The notes below the pieces were generated by a model. The model saw nothing but the letters and a program-made list of their open reading frames with translations. It was not told the DNA's origin and did no database searches. From contig OZ251219.1 in assembly GCA_965240465.1 (NCBI GenBank), forward strand, positions 576,001-640,000: a stretch of 64,000 bases of DNA, given 5' to 3'. Shown here in pieces: positions 19,212 to 32,947 of this stretch. A program made the position numbers and the translations under genes. How positions within the stretch are numbered: position 1 is the stretch's first letter; each line of letters begins with the position of its first letter. This DNA comes from a bacterium (GTDB taxonomy: Bacteria > SAR324 > JACQKK01).

Positions 19212-20708
19212 ATGAATAAAGACATTTTTATAAATCACACCGTCTACGAAACCCGAGTAGCCATAATGGAAAACGGATTGTTATCCGAAGTCCTACAAGA
19301 ACGCCCCCAAGAAAGAGGCATCGTAGGAAATATCTATAAAGGCAAGGTACTAAAAGTTCTGCCCGGGTTAGAAGCTGCCTTTGTGGATATCGGGTTGGAA
19401 AAATCAGCTTTCTTGTACGTAGATGATGTGGCTACTGGGGTTACTTCTGAAGATCTATCAGAAGCGTCTCTTAATGGTAATCGCGGTCGTGCTCGTAAGC
19501 AGACCGTTTCCATAGACAAGCTGCTTAAAGAGGGTCAGGATGTTTTAGCCCAAGTCAGTAAAGGTCCAATCAGTACCAAAGGAGCCCGCATTACCTGCCA
19601 TCCTTCAATTCCTGGGCGTAATTTAGTCCACATGCCCACCATGGCTGGAATAGGAATTTCTCGCCAAATTGGCGACGACAAGGAAAGGTTGAGACTAAAG
19701 AAAATGTTAAATAACTTAAATCCGACCAATTCCAGCTTTATCGTGCGTACCGTCGCTGCTGGACGCAGTGAAGAAGAATTTCAGGCAGATATTCAATATT
19801 TAAAGTCTCAATGGGATGAAATTCAACGCCGTTTTCAAGAAGTGTCTTCTTCGGCATTAATTTTTCAAGAAATGGGGCTTACCTTTCGTTTGTTGCGCGA
19901 CCATCTTTCCGATGATGTCAAGCGGATACTGATTGATGACCATGATGAATTTGAAAGGGCTAAAACGTTCTTAGAAGAATTTATGCCTCATCGCAAAGGA
20001 GTACTGGAACTTTACAAAAATGAAAAACCTCTTTATGATCACTACAACCTAGAAGAAGAACTGACCCGCCTCACCGCTACCAAGGTTTGGCTCCCCTCAG
20101 GAGGTTATTTGGTGATTGATCATGCCGAAGCCCTAACCTGTGTGGATATCAATACGGGTCGTTTTGTAGGTAAGGGCAGCCATGAGGAAACCATTTTACA
20201 AACCAACCTAGAAGCCGTAAAAGAAGTCGTCCGTCAGCTGAAACTGCGTAATATCGGAGGCATTATCATCATTGATTTTATTGACATGGAGAGTATTGCT
20301 AATCGTCAGTTGGTCTACAAAGATCTTAAAGAAGAGCTTAGCTTTGATCGGGCTTCTTCTAAAATTTTGCAAATTAGCGAGATCGGACTGGTAGAAATGA
20401 CCCGCAAAAGAGATCAAGAAGCTTTTGATAAGCAATTATCAGAGGCTTGTCCTTATTGTGCTGGCAGTAGCAGAATTAAATCTCTTAGCACCGTTTCACA
20501 CGAAGTAATGCGTGAAATTGAACGCATGAAAAACAAGAGCAAAAGCAAGCAATCATTGATTATTAGGTTGCATCCCGATGTAGCCGATTATGTGACTTCC
20601 TTTGGCAAGAAGTACTTAGCTGAACTAGAACGGCAAGTAGATTGTTCGCTGAACTGGAAACCAGAACCTCGGCTACACCATGAACAATTTGAAATCCTGG
20701 AGTGCTAA
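19212..20708 (+). CDS. rng: Ribonuclease G (Rne/Rng family)
   Basis: VGNIYKGKV, AAFVDIG, DINTG, LRNIGGIIIIDFIDM, CPYC.G. Confidence 0.93.
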   Translation: MNKDIFINHTVYETRVAIMENGLLSEVLQERPQERGIVGNIYKGKVLKVLPGLEAAFVDIGLEKSAFLYVDDVATGVTSEDLSEASLNGNRGRARKQTVSIDKLLKEGQDVLAQVSKGPISTKGARITCHPSIPGRNLVHMPTMAGIGISRQIGDDKERLRLKKMLNNLNPTNSSFIVRTVAAGRSEEEFQADIQYLKSQWDEIQRRFQEVSSSALIFQEMGLTFRLLRDHLSDDVKRILIDDHDEFERAKTFLEEFMPHRKGVLELYKNEKPLYDHYNLEEELTRLTATKVWLPSGGYLVIDHAEALTCVDINTGRFVGKGSHEETILQTNLEAVKEVVRQLKLRNIGGIIIIDFIDMESIANRQLVYKDLKEELSFDRASSKILQISEIGLVEMTRKRDQEAFDKQLSEACPYCAGSSRIKSLSTVSHEVMREIERMKNKSKSKQSLIIRLHPDVADYVTSFGKKYLAELERQVDCSLNWKPEPRLHHEQFEILEC

Positions 20709-21804
20709 TCAACCTACTGAGTGGTACCAACGGGCGGCCCTCAGGGAAGACCTAGGCCTACGCTTGGATGTTTGGTTAAGTCAGCAGCCAGAGCTACATT
20801 CTCGTAGTGAAGCCCATCGCTGGATTGCTGAGGGAGTAGTCCGCATAAATGGCTCCAAAGGAAAACCCAACATTCGCCTTAAACCTGATGACATCATTCG
20901 CTGGCGACCTCTCCCTAAGCCGCCTATGCCCGTAAAGGCAGTGAACTCCCCCCTGCAACTGATGTATGAAGATGAAGATTTATTGGTCATAAACAAACCT
21001 CCCCGACTAACCATGCATCCTTCGCCAGGACATTGGGAAGATTCGGTAGTCCACCGACTACTAGGAATGAACATTAAACTCAGCGAAATGCTACCTGCAA
21101 CCTCTCCTGCAACCTCTCCTGCAACCTCTCCTGCAACCTCTCCCGCAATATCTCCTGCAAATGCAATGCAAACAGCCGCTAATACTTCTACTCCTGCTTC
21201 TCCCGTTCTTACCCGTCCTGGAATAGTCCATCGCTTGGATAAAGACACCAGCGGGTTGGTGATAGTAGCTAAAAATTTATCCGCCCATTACGACTTGGCA
21301 GGACAATTTAAAAAGCATCAATGCGAACGCCAGTACACCGCGGTGGTAGCGGGTACTCCTGTTGGCGGTCGGGGGAGCATTCAGGCTGCTATCGGTCGTC
21401 ATCCTCGGCAACGACTAAAGCAATGCGTGCGTGCCGATGGCAAAGAGGCGATTACTCATTGGCAGGTCATCCAAAAAATAGGCTCTTTTAGTCTCTGCCA
21501 TTTACGCTTGGAAACTGGACGCACTCATCAAGTACGGGTTCATTTGGCACATTTGGGTCATTCAGTAGCTGGTGATCCCCTTTATGGTCGTTTGGTTAAA
21601 AATTGTCCTATCTCAGTGCTAAAAGCCTTACAAACCCTAGGCAGGCAAGCATTACATGCCGATAGCCTTGGGTTCAAGCATCCCAAAAAAGGCAATTGGT
21701 TGCGTTTTCACAGCCCTCTGCCCGATGATATTTTACTCCTGCTGGAAGTACTCCAAAAAGAGTGGGTATCTTCTTCTTGTTTGCCAGTAGCAGAAAAAAA
21801 TTGA
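20680..21804 (+). CDS. rluD: RluA/RluD-family pseudouridine synthase with S4 domain
   Basis: INKP, RPGIVHRLDKDTSG, LETGRTHQVRVH, GDPLYG, RQALHA; ATSP repeat insertion. Confidence 0.9.
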   Translation: MNNLKSWSANQPTEWYQRAALREDLGLRLDVWLSQQPELHSRSEAHRWIAEGVVRINGSKGKPNIRLKPDDIIRWRPLPKPPMPVKAVNSPLQLMYEDEDLLVINKPPRLTMHPSPGHWEDSVVHRLLGMNIKLSEMLPATSPATSPATSPATSPAISPANAMQTAANTSTPASPVLTRPGIVHRLDKDTSGLVIVAKNLSAHYDLAGQFKKHQCERQYTAVVAGTPVGGRGSIQAAIGRHPRQRLKQCVRADGKEAITHWQVIQKIGSFSLCHLRLETGRTHQVRVHLAHLGHSVAGDPLYGRLVKNCPISVLKALQTLGRQALHADSLGFKHPKKGNWLRFHSPLPDDILLLLEVLQKEWVSSSCLPVAEKN

Positions 21805-22334
21805 AAGACTCAAAAAAACCTTTTTTACCAGCTAAGTCAGCAGACCCATCCTCCCCGCATCGGTTGCGGGTGGTGCTGGTGGAGCCTGAAATTCCTCCTA
21901 ATACTGGTTCTATCGCTCGCCTGTGTGCTGCCAGTAATTGCGAACTGATATTACTGGGAAAATTGGGCTTTCAACTCACAGATGCTCACCTCAAGCGAGC
22001 TGGTTTGGACTACTGGCGTTTTGTAAGCTGGCGACATCACCCAGGCGACCCCCTAGGGTTCCTTAAAAAGTTGCCCCCGCGGAGCGTCCATTTATTCTCT
22101 AGCAAATCTAAGGTTCCCTATACCCATTGCCCAGTAACCACGGGCGATTATCTGGTTTTTGGCTCAGAAGTTAGTGGGCTTAGTCCTTCTATTGTGCAGC
22201 AATTTAATTGTTATGCTGTTCCTCATCAGCAAGAGGGGGTGCGTTCCCTAAATTTAGCCACTGTAGTAGGCATTGTGGTTCAAGAATCCCTCCGTCGCTT
22301 TGCGGTATTAGATCCTGATCCTTTTAATTCTTGA
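21762..22334 (+). CDS. trmL: tRNA (cytidine/uridine 34-2'-O)-methyltransferase
   Basis: EPEIPPNTG.IAR.C, KRAGLDYW, FGSE..GL, RSLNL. Confidence 0.92.
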   Translation: MGIFFLFASSRKKLKDSKKPFLPAKSADPSSPHRLRVVLVEPEIPPNTGSIARLCAASNCELILLGKLGFQLTDAHLKRAGLDYWRFVSWRHHPGDPLGFLKKLPPRSVHLFSSKSKVPYTHCPVTTGDYLVFGSEVSGLSPSIVQQFNCYAVPHQQEGVRSLNLATVVGIVVQESLRRFAVLDPDPFNS

Positions 22335-22371
22335 GAATTTTACTCTGATTTACTTTTACTAGGCTTAGCTT

Positions 22372-22887
22372 ATGCATATCTGTTGGAGTGGATCTAGGTT
22401 AGTTATACACAGAGTGAAAACGATGACATTTCATGCATTTGATCTATTATTTGGCTTGTTACTCTTATTTTCAAGTTTACTAGGCTTTTCCAAGGGTTTG
22501 TATAGCGAGCTTCCCTCTTTGGTGTTATTGGCAGCTGGATTATTATTATCGCACCAAATGCACTCTGAGATTGCTCTATGGCTGGGAGGGCATTTTCCCT
22601 TATTTTTGGCTTATCCTAGGGTATTGCAAGGATTAGGATGGTTACTACCCTTGGTGATTGCCGCAATGCTATCCCGAGTACTGGCTTTGCTAGGATGCTT
22701 TGCCCCAGTTCAATGCTGGTGGAAAAGATGGCTTGCGGCCATCAGTGGTTTACTAAAGGGAAGCTTGCTTGGCTTAGCCCTTTACCCTTTATTATCTTCT
22801 TTACCATTTGTGCATAGCTGGATGCTGAGCTCTTGGAGTGCTCCTCAGTTAGACAGCCTTGCTACTTGGATACTACAACGGTTATAG
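22372..22887 (+). CDS. CvpA (colicin V production) family membrane protein
   Basis: FDL....LL.S.LLGF.KGL..E, G.LKG.L, SSW; 4 TM segments; start may be 22423. Confidence 0.65.
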   Translation: MHICWSGSRLVIHRVKTMTFHAFDLLFGLLLLFSSLLGFSKGLYSELPSLVLLAAGLLLSHQMHSEIALWLGGHFPLFLAYPRVLQGLGWLLPLVIAAMLSRVLALLGCFAPVQCWWKRWLAAISGLLKGSLLGLALYPLLSSLPFVHSWMLSSWSAPQLDSLATWILQRL

Positions 22888-22959
22888 TTTTACCTGCTTT
22901 ACACATCTATATTTAGACCAAGCTGCTCTCCGATTTACCCTACCTTTCTGGCCCGACCC

Positions 22960-24111
22960 TTGAAGAAAAAAAATCTCTGCTCGTGGTGGATGATCGCGGT
23001 GCTGCTTGTATTTGCTCCTAAGGGAGTGAGAGCCGAAGCCCTCTCGGAGGTGATTTCGGCAGCAGAAGTGCGAGTGTTTAATGGAAATGAACTCGCGGCC
23101 CGTCGGCAGGCATTGTCCAATGCCCAAAGGCGAGCTATTGAGATCCGACTAGCAACTTTTCTTGGTACGGTAGATTTGAGCCGTCATCGTTCATTTTTGC
23201 AGGAAAAAATCAAGCAACAACAAGCATCCCTAGCTCCCAGACAAAAAATACTCCGCGAAGAAAGACGCAATAACAACTGGCATGTTCTCACCCGTACTCA
23301 GGTTTCCGATGCCGAGCTCAGTAAGCTACTGAAAACTCTACGCATATCCAAGCCTCAGCTACTGGGACGTTCCCTTACCATCATTTGCTTAGGCAAAAAA
23401 ACAAAGGAAACTCGCCTAGCTGTTCGCAACTTAAAGCAGTTACTCACTGGAGCTGGTGCCTGGGTGCAAGAAAATCGCCTGCTTGCTCGGGAAGAAGAAG
23501 AAGAGTCTCTGACCGAAGCCCAAATACGCTTGCTGAACCTAGCTCATACTCCCTTAGTGTTGCTTTGTGAGCCATCCATTAAGACCTCCGATACTTCAGG
23601 GATATCCCGCAGCCAAGCAATAGTAAAACTCCGCCTTATTGAAGCTCACAATGAAAGCTCGCAGTCTGAAAGACAGAACAAAAGATGGCTAGCTGATGGT
23701 ACCATTTCCACCTCCCTATTGCACCGAGCTAAAACCGATCCCTCTCCAGCTGAGCTTGCCCAGTTGATGACCTTGGCTACTCAGCTAGGAATACAAAACA
23801 TATTGCTCCAACTCCGTTTGGGCAAGAGCAAGCAACGACTCTATGACCTATTGCTAAGCTTTAAGGGCTTTGATGAATCCGCCCAAAAAACCATCTTAGG
23901 CTGGTTCGCAAAACACCAAACCTTAAATAGGCTCACCCTATTGGAAACCAATGAGGAATCATTTCAGCTGCAGCTATTCTCATCAGACAGCCCCAGCCAA
24001 GTACGTCGCTCGGTAGATATCGGATTACGCCGACAAGGACTATTGCCCCGCATCCATCCCTTGCTGGGAAATCAGATCTCCTTCAGTAATGCCCGCAACC
24101 ACGAACAATAA
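22960..24111 (+). CDS. Exported hypothetical protein (N-terminus resembles FlgT-N/LPP20-like helical motif)
   Basis: Signal peptide; ARRQALSNAQRRAIE pattern; long ORF. Confidence 0.5.
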   Translation: MKKKNLCSWWMIAVLLVFAPKGVRAEALSEVISAAEVRVFNGNELAARRQALSNAQRRAIEIRLATFLGTVDLSRHRSFLQEKIKQQQASLAPRQKILREERRNNNWHVLTRTQVSDAELSKLLKTLRISKPQLLGRSLTIICLGKKTKETRLAVRNLKQLLTGAGAWVQENRLLAREEEEESLTEAQIRLLNLAHTPLVLLCEPSIKTSDTSGISRSQAIVKLRLIEAHNESSQSERQNKRWLADGTISTSLLHRAKTDPSPAELAQLMTLATQLGIQNILLQLRLGKSKQRLYDLLLSFKGFDESAQKTILGWFAKHQTLNRLTLLETNEESFQLQLFSSDSPSQVRRSVDIGLRRQGLLPRIHPLLGNQISFSNARNHEQ

Positions 24112-24131
24112 CGAACAATAAAATCACCCGC

Positions 24132-27632
<3,501 letters not shown>

Positions 27633-27639
<7 letters not shown>

Positions 27640-28814
27640 TCCAGCCGTAATGGCATCACCACCGAAATAAAATTTTCCAGATTTTCACTCTTTATTAAGC
27701 AGGGGCTCAAAGGCCCCTTAAATTCCATTTTCACTTGCTCTCCCGGCAACACCTTAAAAAGATCTTTTAGATAACGAGTATTAAAACCGATCTCAAATGG
27801 TTCGCCTTCAAATTCGGCTTCCATTTCATCTTGGGCGTAAAAAGTTTCTGATTCTTCACTTTCTACCTTCAAGAGTCCCTTACTAAAATTCAGTTTGGCG
27901 GTTGAAAGCTTATCACCGCTAACGGCTTCGGTATAATTCAAAGCATTATCAAGGCTCTGAATGTTTATAACTGCTTTTTTGTCGTTGTCTTTAGGGATTA
28001 CCTTTTCAATATCTGGGAAATTTCCCTCCACTAAGAGAGATGTTATGACAGTTGATTTATAAATCACCTTAAAATAACGTTCACCAAAGGATATTTGAAC
28101 TTCTTCGTCTTCATCTTTGAGGATTTTTCTTATTTCTGCAATTGTTTGCCGCGGAATAATAACCTCTGGCTGATCCTCACCCACAATATTTTCAACTGGA
28201 ACGGTAATAATAGAAAGACGATGTCCATCGGTAGCTACCCATTTAGATTTATCATCGCCTATCAAACGAAAACAAACTCCTCGTAAATTTTTCCTTGGTT
28301 CATCTTCCCTCACCGCAAATAAGGTTAAATCTATGCAACGCCGCAGCTCACTGGAACTAATGCTAAAACTAGCCGATGTTTCTATCTTATCAAAGGTCGG
28401 ATACAAACTCGTATCCATTGAAGACGCTCTTACCCGAGCCTTCTTGCTAGAAAATATCACGTTCTTTTTATTATCTAATTCAATGCCAATTTCATCACCT
28501 GTAAAATAACCGCAGGCCCTAAAAACCTTATTAGCATTTACACATATCTCCCCAGCACTTTTTACCAAAGCACCAGTAGTAGTGATTATTGACATTTCAT
28601 CATTAACTGCCGTTATTACTAGTTCTTTCATATCTTTTGAAGAACTATTTTTATCGGTAGCTTGATTTTCACTAGAATTGTTTTTTTGTGTACTTCCAGT
28701 TTTCAATAAAAAATTAGAAAACACACTCCTACTATGACTGTTAACCATGTCGGTAACTGGAACAACGACACCAAGAGAATCTAATAATGTTTTTTTTGAG
28801 ATAGTTAATTTCAT
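27633..28814 (-). CDS. dnaN: DNA polymerase III beta clamp
   Basis: ATDGHRL, IIPR, EGNFPD..VIP, IGFN.RYL.D, VVMPLR. Confidence 0.93.
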
Positions 28815-29007
28815 CTTTTATTTCTTATATTAGAGAGAAAGCAAATGAGTAATAAATCATCTAATGCTATGATATGAAAGGAATAATGTCTTATAAATCA
28901 TTATTCCTAAGTGTTTCCTAAGTGTTTCCTTTTTGTTGTCATTATTTATAAATTTTTTCTTGTTTTATAATGAGACAAGACAATGGAAATGGTTAATCCA
29001 CCCTATT

Positions 29008-30408
29008 TTATACCAGAAGAGAGACTTGTTTTTGTTGTTTTTTGGTGGAAAAAGGCTTTGCCTGCATGTTTTGCAAGCTGTTATTTAATTCACGGAGAAT
29101 TTTTTTAAGTTTGGGTTTTTGGATTATATCCTCTTGAAGTCGTTGGTGGTTTTTCAACATCGAGGAAGCTGTTCTTCCTCCTAGTAGGCGACCGATTTCT
29201 TGATAGGAAAGATTTTGTTGTTTAAGAAGATAAATACTCATGCTACGAGCTAAGGCAACCTGTTTAGTTTTTTGTCTACTACTGATGATTTGGGGAGTAA
29301 GCGAAAAGAAATTACTTATCTGTTTGAGTATTTGGGCGGGAGATTTGAGAGACGGCTCAGGATTATTTAACCATGGATCTAGTAGCTGTTGCGATTGAGC
29401 TAAGGAAAGCGGTTTAGGTTGATGATAAGCCGCCAACAAGGTAATGGCACCTTGGAGACTGCGGGGAGAATTCAACATTTTTGACAGCCAGCAGAGAGTA
29501 GATGTATCCAGAGTTAGTAGGTGCTGATGAGCCCAATGTTTAAGCAGAGTTAGGGCATCTTTGGGTTCGGGAGGCTGTAGCTGACAAAATACTCCGGTGG
29601 TTAATCGGGATCTGAGCGAAGGAATTAAATGGGTCAGCTGAGAGGGGTGTTGATAGCAACTGAAGACAATTTGGGCTTGTTGGTGACCGAGGTTATCTAA
29701 TAAGTGTTGCAAGGTTTCTTGGGAACGAGGGCTAACCAATAGGTCTTCTAATCCGTCTAGGAGCAGGACTTCGGTCATTTGGAGTTGTGATTGCAGGGCC
29801 AATCCTTGGCGTTCATAGATGGAACGTAGTACTGTTTGTTTCCAATCTTCTCCGCTGATTAAGATGGTATGAAGACCTTTTTTTCTTAATCCATAGGCGA
29901 TTGCACGCAGCAAGCGGGTTTTTCCTCCTCCAGAAGAGCCCATAAGTAATAAGGGATTAGTTTTTTCACCCGGTTTTTCAATGATTTGCTGGCTCAATTG
30001 AACTGCTTTGGCGATGCCTGGGTAGATGATAACCTCTGAGAGAGCATCTTTAGGTTCAGTGGAATAAGAAGGGACGGTTGTTTTACGGGTCTTACCATTG
30101 ATGAGTTGCGGTGAGTTAATTTCTTCAGTGGGGATAGCGGAGGTTGGTTTTTTTAGTTCTAGGCGAAGATGAAAGCGGTGGGTTTTTTTAGAACAAGGGG
30201 TCTTAAAATGAGTTTGCAAGGCCAAGGCGAGGAGAGATAGGTACTTAGAAGTGATACGTTGCTGAAAAAAGTGATTGGGAACTCCCGAGAAAACCACTTC
30301 GGTAGCAGAGAGGGTTTCTAGTTTAAGAGGTTTAATCCAAGCGGAATCATCTTCGTCTAGTTGTTCCAGCAAGGATTGTTTGCAGTGCAGCCAGCAGATT
30401 TGATCCAT
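29008..30408 (-). CDS. dnaA: Chromosomal replication initiator DnaA, highly divergent
   Basis: WIKPL/VPN.F domain I, NPL...G..G.GKT.LL, LRSR, R.LQGA, AR....YL, S..EIG..LGGR; directly upstream of dnaN. Confidence 0.8.
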   Translation of the reverse strand: MDQICWLHCKQSLLEQLDEDDSAWIKPLKLETLSATEVVFSGVPNHFFQQRITSKYLSLLALALQTHFKTPCSKKTHRFHLRLELKKPTSAIPTEEINSPQLINGKTRKTTVPSYSTEPKDALSEVIIYPGIAKAVQLSQQIIEKPGEKTNPLLLMGSSGGGKTRLLRAIAYGLRKKGLHTILISGEDWKQTVLRSIYERQGLALQSQLQMTEVLLLDGLEDLLVSPRSQETLQHLLDNLGHQQAQIVFSCYQHPSQLTHLIPSLRSRLTTGVFCQLQPPEPKDALTLLKHWAHQHLLTLDTSTLCWLSKMLNSPRSLQGAITLLAAYHQPKPLSLAQSQQLLDPWLNNPEPSLKSPAQILKQISNFFSLTPQIISSRQKTKQVALARSMSIYLLKQQNLSYQEIGRLLGGRTASSMLKNHQRLQEDIIQKPKLKKILRELNNSLQNMQAKPFSTKKQQKQVSLLV

Positions 30409-30455
30409 CAAGTTTTCCTGTTAAGTTATTAGCACTTTATGGGAGTGGGTATTTG

Positions 30456-30734
30456 CTATCCGATGACCTTTGGTACCTTGAAAAGGCCATCTTCTAAGTA
30501 GGGGAGTTCGGGTGGAGATTTTTGCGGGTGAGGTTGGTCGTTGCGCAGGTGAGCGGGTTTGGGGGTGGTTTTAGGTAGAGTGGTGTTCAGGGAAGCAGTT
30601 TTGATTTGTTCAACAGAATGAAGTATTTCTTGGAATTGCACTAGGAAGAGAGATTTTTCTTCCTCAGTTAATTCAAGGGCAGCTAAGCCAGCAATTCGCT
30701 CTATTAGTTCCCGATTGATTTCAGGCTGAGACAT
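30456..30734 (-). CDS. gatC: Asp/Glu-tRNA amidotransferase subunit C
   Basis: IA.LA.LEL.EEE, LR.D, F.VPKVI. Confidence 0.85.
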   Translation of the reverse strand: MSQPEINRELIERIAGLAALELTEEEKSLFLVQFQEILHSVEQIKTASLNTTLPKTTPKPAHLRNDQPHPQKSPPELPYLEDGLFKVPKVIG

Positions 30735-30764
30735 GATTGATGTTTATTTAGGTTTTAGGATGAT

Positions 30765-31217
30765 TTAGAAGGGGATGTCATCATCCACATAGGGATCTTG
30801 GTTATCAGGGGAGGGGGTATTATCTGAGGTTTGTTTGGGAGGGGGTGCGGATCTAGGAGGAGGAGCAGAGTCTTGAGGAGCAGATTCTGAACGAGGAGTA
30901 AGAAATTGAATGTTATTAACAATTATTTCAGTACGAAAACGGCGGATGTTTTCATTATCGGTCCAGTCACGGGTTTCTATTTTTCCTTCTAGGTATATTT
31001 TGCTGCCCTTATGGAGATAGTTCTGTGCCAATTCCGCCAGATGACGCCAAGCGACACAACGATGCCATTCGGTGCGTTCCTGTTTTTGACCTTGACGGTC
31101 TTTCCACTGTTCACTGGTCGCTAAGGTGAAATTAGCTACGGCATCGCCACCTTTGGTATGACGAATTTCGGGGTCTTTGCCTAAATTCCCGATCAACATT
31201 ACTTTGTTCAGTGTCAT
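30765..31217 (-). CDS. ssb: Single-stranded DNA-binding protein
   Basis: LNKVMLIGNLGKDPE, TEWHR, C-terminal DDDIPF. Confidence 0.97.
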   Translation of the reverse strand: MTLNKVMLIGNLGKDPEIRHTKGGDAVANFTLATSEQWKDRQGQKQERTEWHRCVAWRHLAELAQNYLHKGSKIYLEGKIETRDWTDNENIRRFRTEIIVNNIQFLTPRSESAPQDSAPPPRSAPPPKQTSDNTPSPDNQDPYVDDDIPF

Positions 31218-31408
31218 AGTACCTCTTTCATAAATGGGAAATTTCTATTTATCAGCTATCTTTCTCGCCTGCCAAACACCACGCCCGCCTCTCACTTCTC
31301 CCTTCACTCCCCATCTGCCCCCTATCCTTCACTTCTCTCCCGCTCCCCATCTCTCACTTCTCCAACCACCAGCTTGCCTACCTATCCTACCACTTCTCCT
31401 ACACCACC

Positions 31409-31780
31409 TCTCCAACCATCCGCTCCCTACCTCTCTCCATCCCTCTTGCCAGCCTCTCCTACCACTTCTCCAACCATCCGCTCCCTACCTCTCTCCATCC
31501 CTCTTGCCAGCCTCTCCCACCCTATCTCCAACCATCCGCTCCCTACCTCTCTCCATCCCTCTTGCCAGCCTCTCCTACCACTTCTCCAACCATCCGCTCC
31601 CTACCTCTCTCCATCCCTCTTGCCAGCCTCTCCCACCCCATCTCCAACCATCCGCTCCCTATTCCTCTCCATCCCTCTTGCCAGCCTCTCCCACCCTATC
31701 TCCAACCATCCGCTCCCTACCTCTCTCCATCCCTCTTGCCAGCCTCTCCTACCACTTCTCCAACCACCTGCTCCCTATCC
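31409..31780. repeat. 58-bp pyrimidine-rich tandem repeat (~6.4 copies)
   Basis: TCCAACCA anchor recurs at 31411, 31469, 31527, 31585, 31643, 31701, 31759. Confidence 0.93.
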
Positions 31781-31797
31781 CTCTCTCCTCACCCCTC

Positions 31798-32358
31798 CTA
31801 CCGACCCAGCTGCTGTAGGGCTTGCTTCAAACGAGCATCAAATCCCTTGAGATGAGAAGGTAAGGAACAAACCACACTGCGTACATTCTCATGGGAAAAA
31901 CCAAGGTTTGTCAAGGCAGAAATGAGGGAATTTTGGTGCCGATCAGGGAAGTCATTAGGAGAAGATAAACGCCCGCTGAGTTCCAGACACAAGAGTTGGG
32001 CGGTTTTTTTACCTACTCCGGGAGTGCGTGCTAAGAGGGAGATATCGTTGTGATGGACTGCGGTTCGGATTCCTGAGGCTCCGAGGACGGAGAGTAATTG
32101 CAATCCTAATTTGGGGCCTACGCCCCTAACCTTGAGGAGACACTCAAAGAGTAATTTATCTTCCAAAGAAACAAAGCCCACTAAGGAGAGTTGTTCTTCA
32201 CGCACAATGGTGGTGATAAATAAGACGATTTCTTTACCTGTGAGAGCCCTTTCCCAGACATCGGGAGGGGTTAGGACCTGATAACCGATTCCATTTGATT
32301 CCACGATCATCATTTCAGACCATTGTTTTACTACTTGACCTTTTAGATATCCGATCAT
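31798..32358 (-). CDS. ruvA: Holliday junction branch migration protein RuvA
   Basis: MIGYLKG, GIGY.V, VREE..L.GF, GVGPK, PGVGKKTA, AL..LGF; start set at MIGY. Confidence 0.92.
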   Translation of the reverse strand: MIGYLKGQVVKQWSEMMIVESNGIGYQVLTPPDVWERALTGKEIVLFITTIVREEQLSLVGFVSLEDKLLFECLLKVRGVGPKLGLQLLSVLGASGIRTAVHHNDISLLARTPGVGKKTAQLLCLELSGRLSSPNDFPDRHQNSLISALTNLGFSHENVRSVVCSLPSHLKGFDARLKQALQQLGR

Positions 32359-32404
32359 GGTGGTTTGTGGGGTTATGATTTGGGGTCTGAGATATGGGGA
32401 AAGT

Positions 32405-32947
32405 TTATTTAGTGAGGATTTGTTGAGTTTTCTGGTTAAGAAAGGTGTTGGTGAACATGGTTGCATGGGTGATAGCGATAGCTAAGGCGTCGGCGGCGTC
32501 GGTGGGAGGCAATTCGGGGAGGTTCAAGAGGAGTTGTACTAGTCGTTGTATTTGTTGTTTATCGGCTCGTCCACTGCCACCGGTGCATTGTTTAATTTGT
32601 GAGGGGGCGTATTCGCTGACGGGTAGTCCATATTTCATCAGGGTGTAGAGGGCGACTCCGCGTGCTTGTCCTAGTATTAGGGCGGCTTGGGGGTAGCGAG
32701 CGGCGAAGATATTTTCTATGGCTCCTTGTAGGGGTTGGTATTGTGTTAGGAGGTTTTCTAGTTTTTCTACCAGGAATACTAGTTTTAGTCCGAGGAATTT
32801 TTCGCGTGGTAGTTTGAGTACTCCGCTGGCTACGTGAACAAGGTTTCCATTAGTTTGGGAATCTAGGATTCCCCAGCCTGTGAATTGACTACCGGGGTCA
32901 ATGCCAATGATTCTGGTTTGAAGGTTTGTATTAGTTTCACTGGGCAT
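32405..32947 (-). CDS. ruvC: Crossover junction endodeoxyribonuclease RuvC
   Basis: IIGIDPG, AIE..F, LGQARG, EYAP..IK, DAADALAIAI.H. Confidence 0.95.
   Translation of the reverse strand: MPSETNTNLQTRIIGIDPGSQFTGWGILDSQTNGNLVHVASGVLKLPREKFLGLKLVFLVEKLENLLTQYQPLQGAIENIFAARYPQAALILGQARGVALYTLMKYGLPVSEYAPSQIKQCTGGSGRADKQQIQRLVQLLLNLPELPPTDAADALAIAITHATMFTNTFLNQKTQQILTK

Noticed and set aside
31234-31855. Pro/Ser/Leu-rich ORFs of 97-194 aa
   Set aside because: Translations of the 58-bp pyrimidine repeat in all three frames
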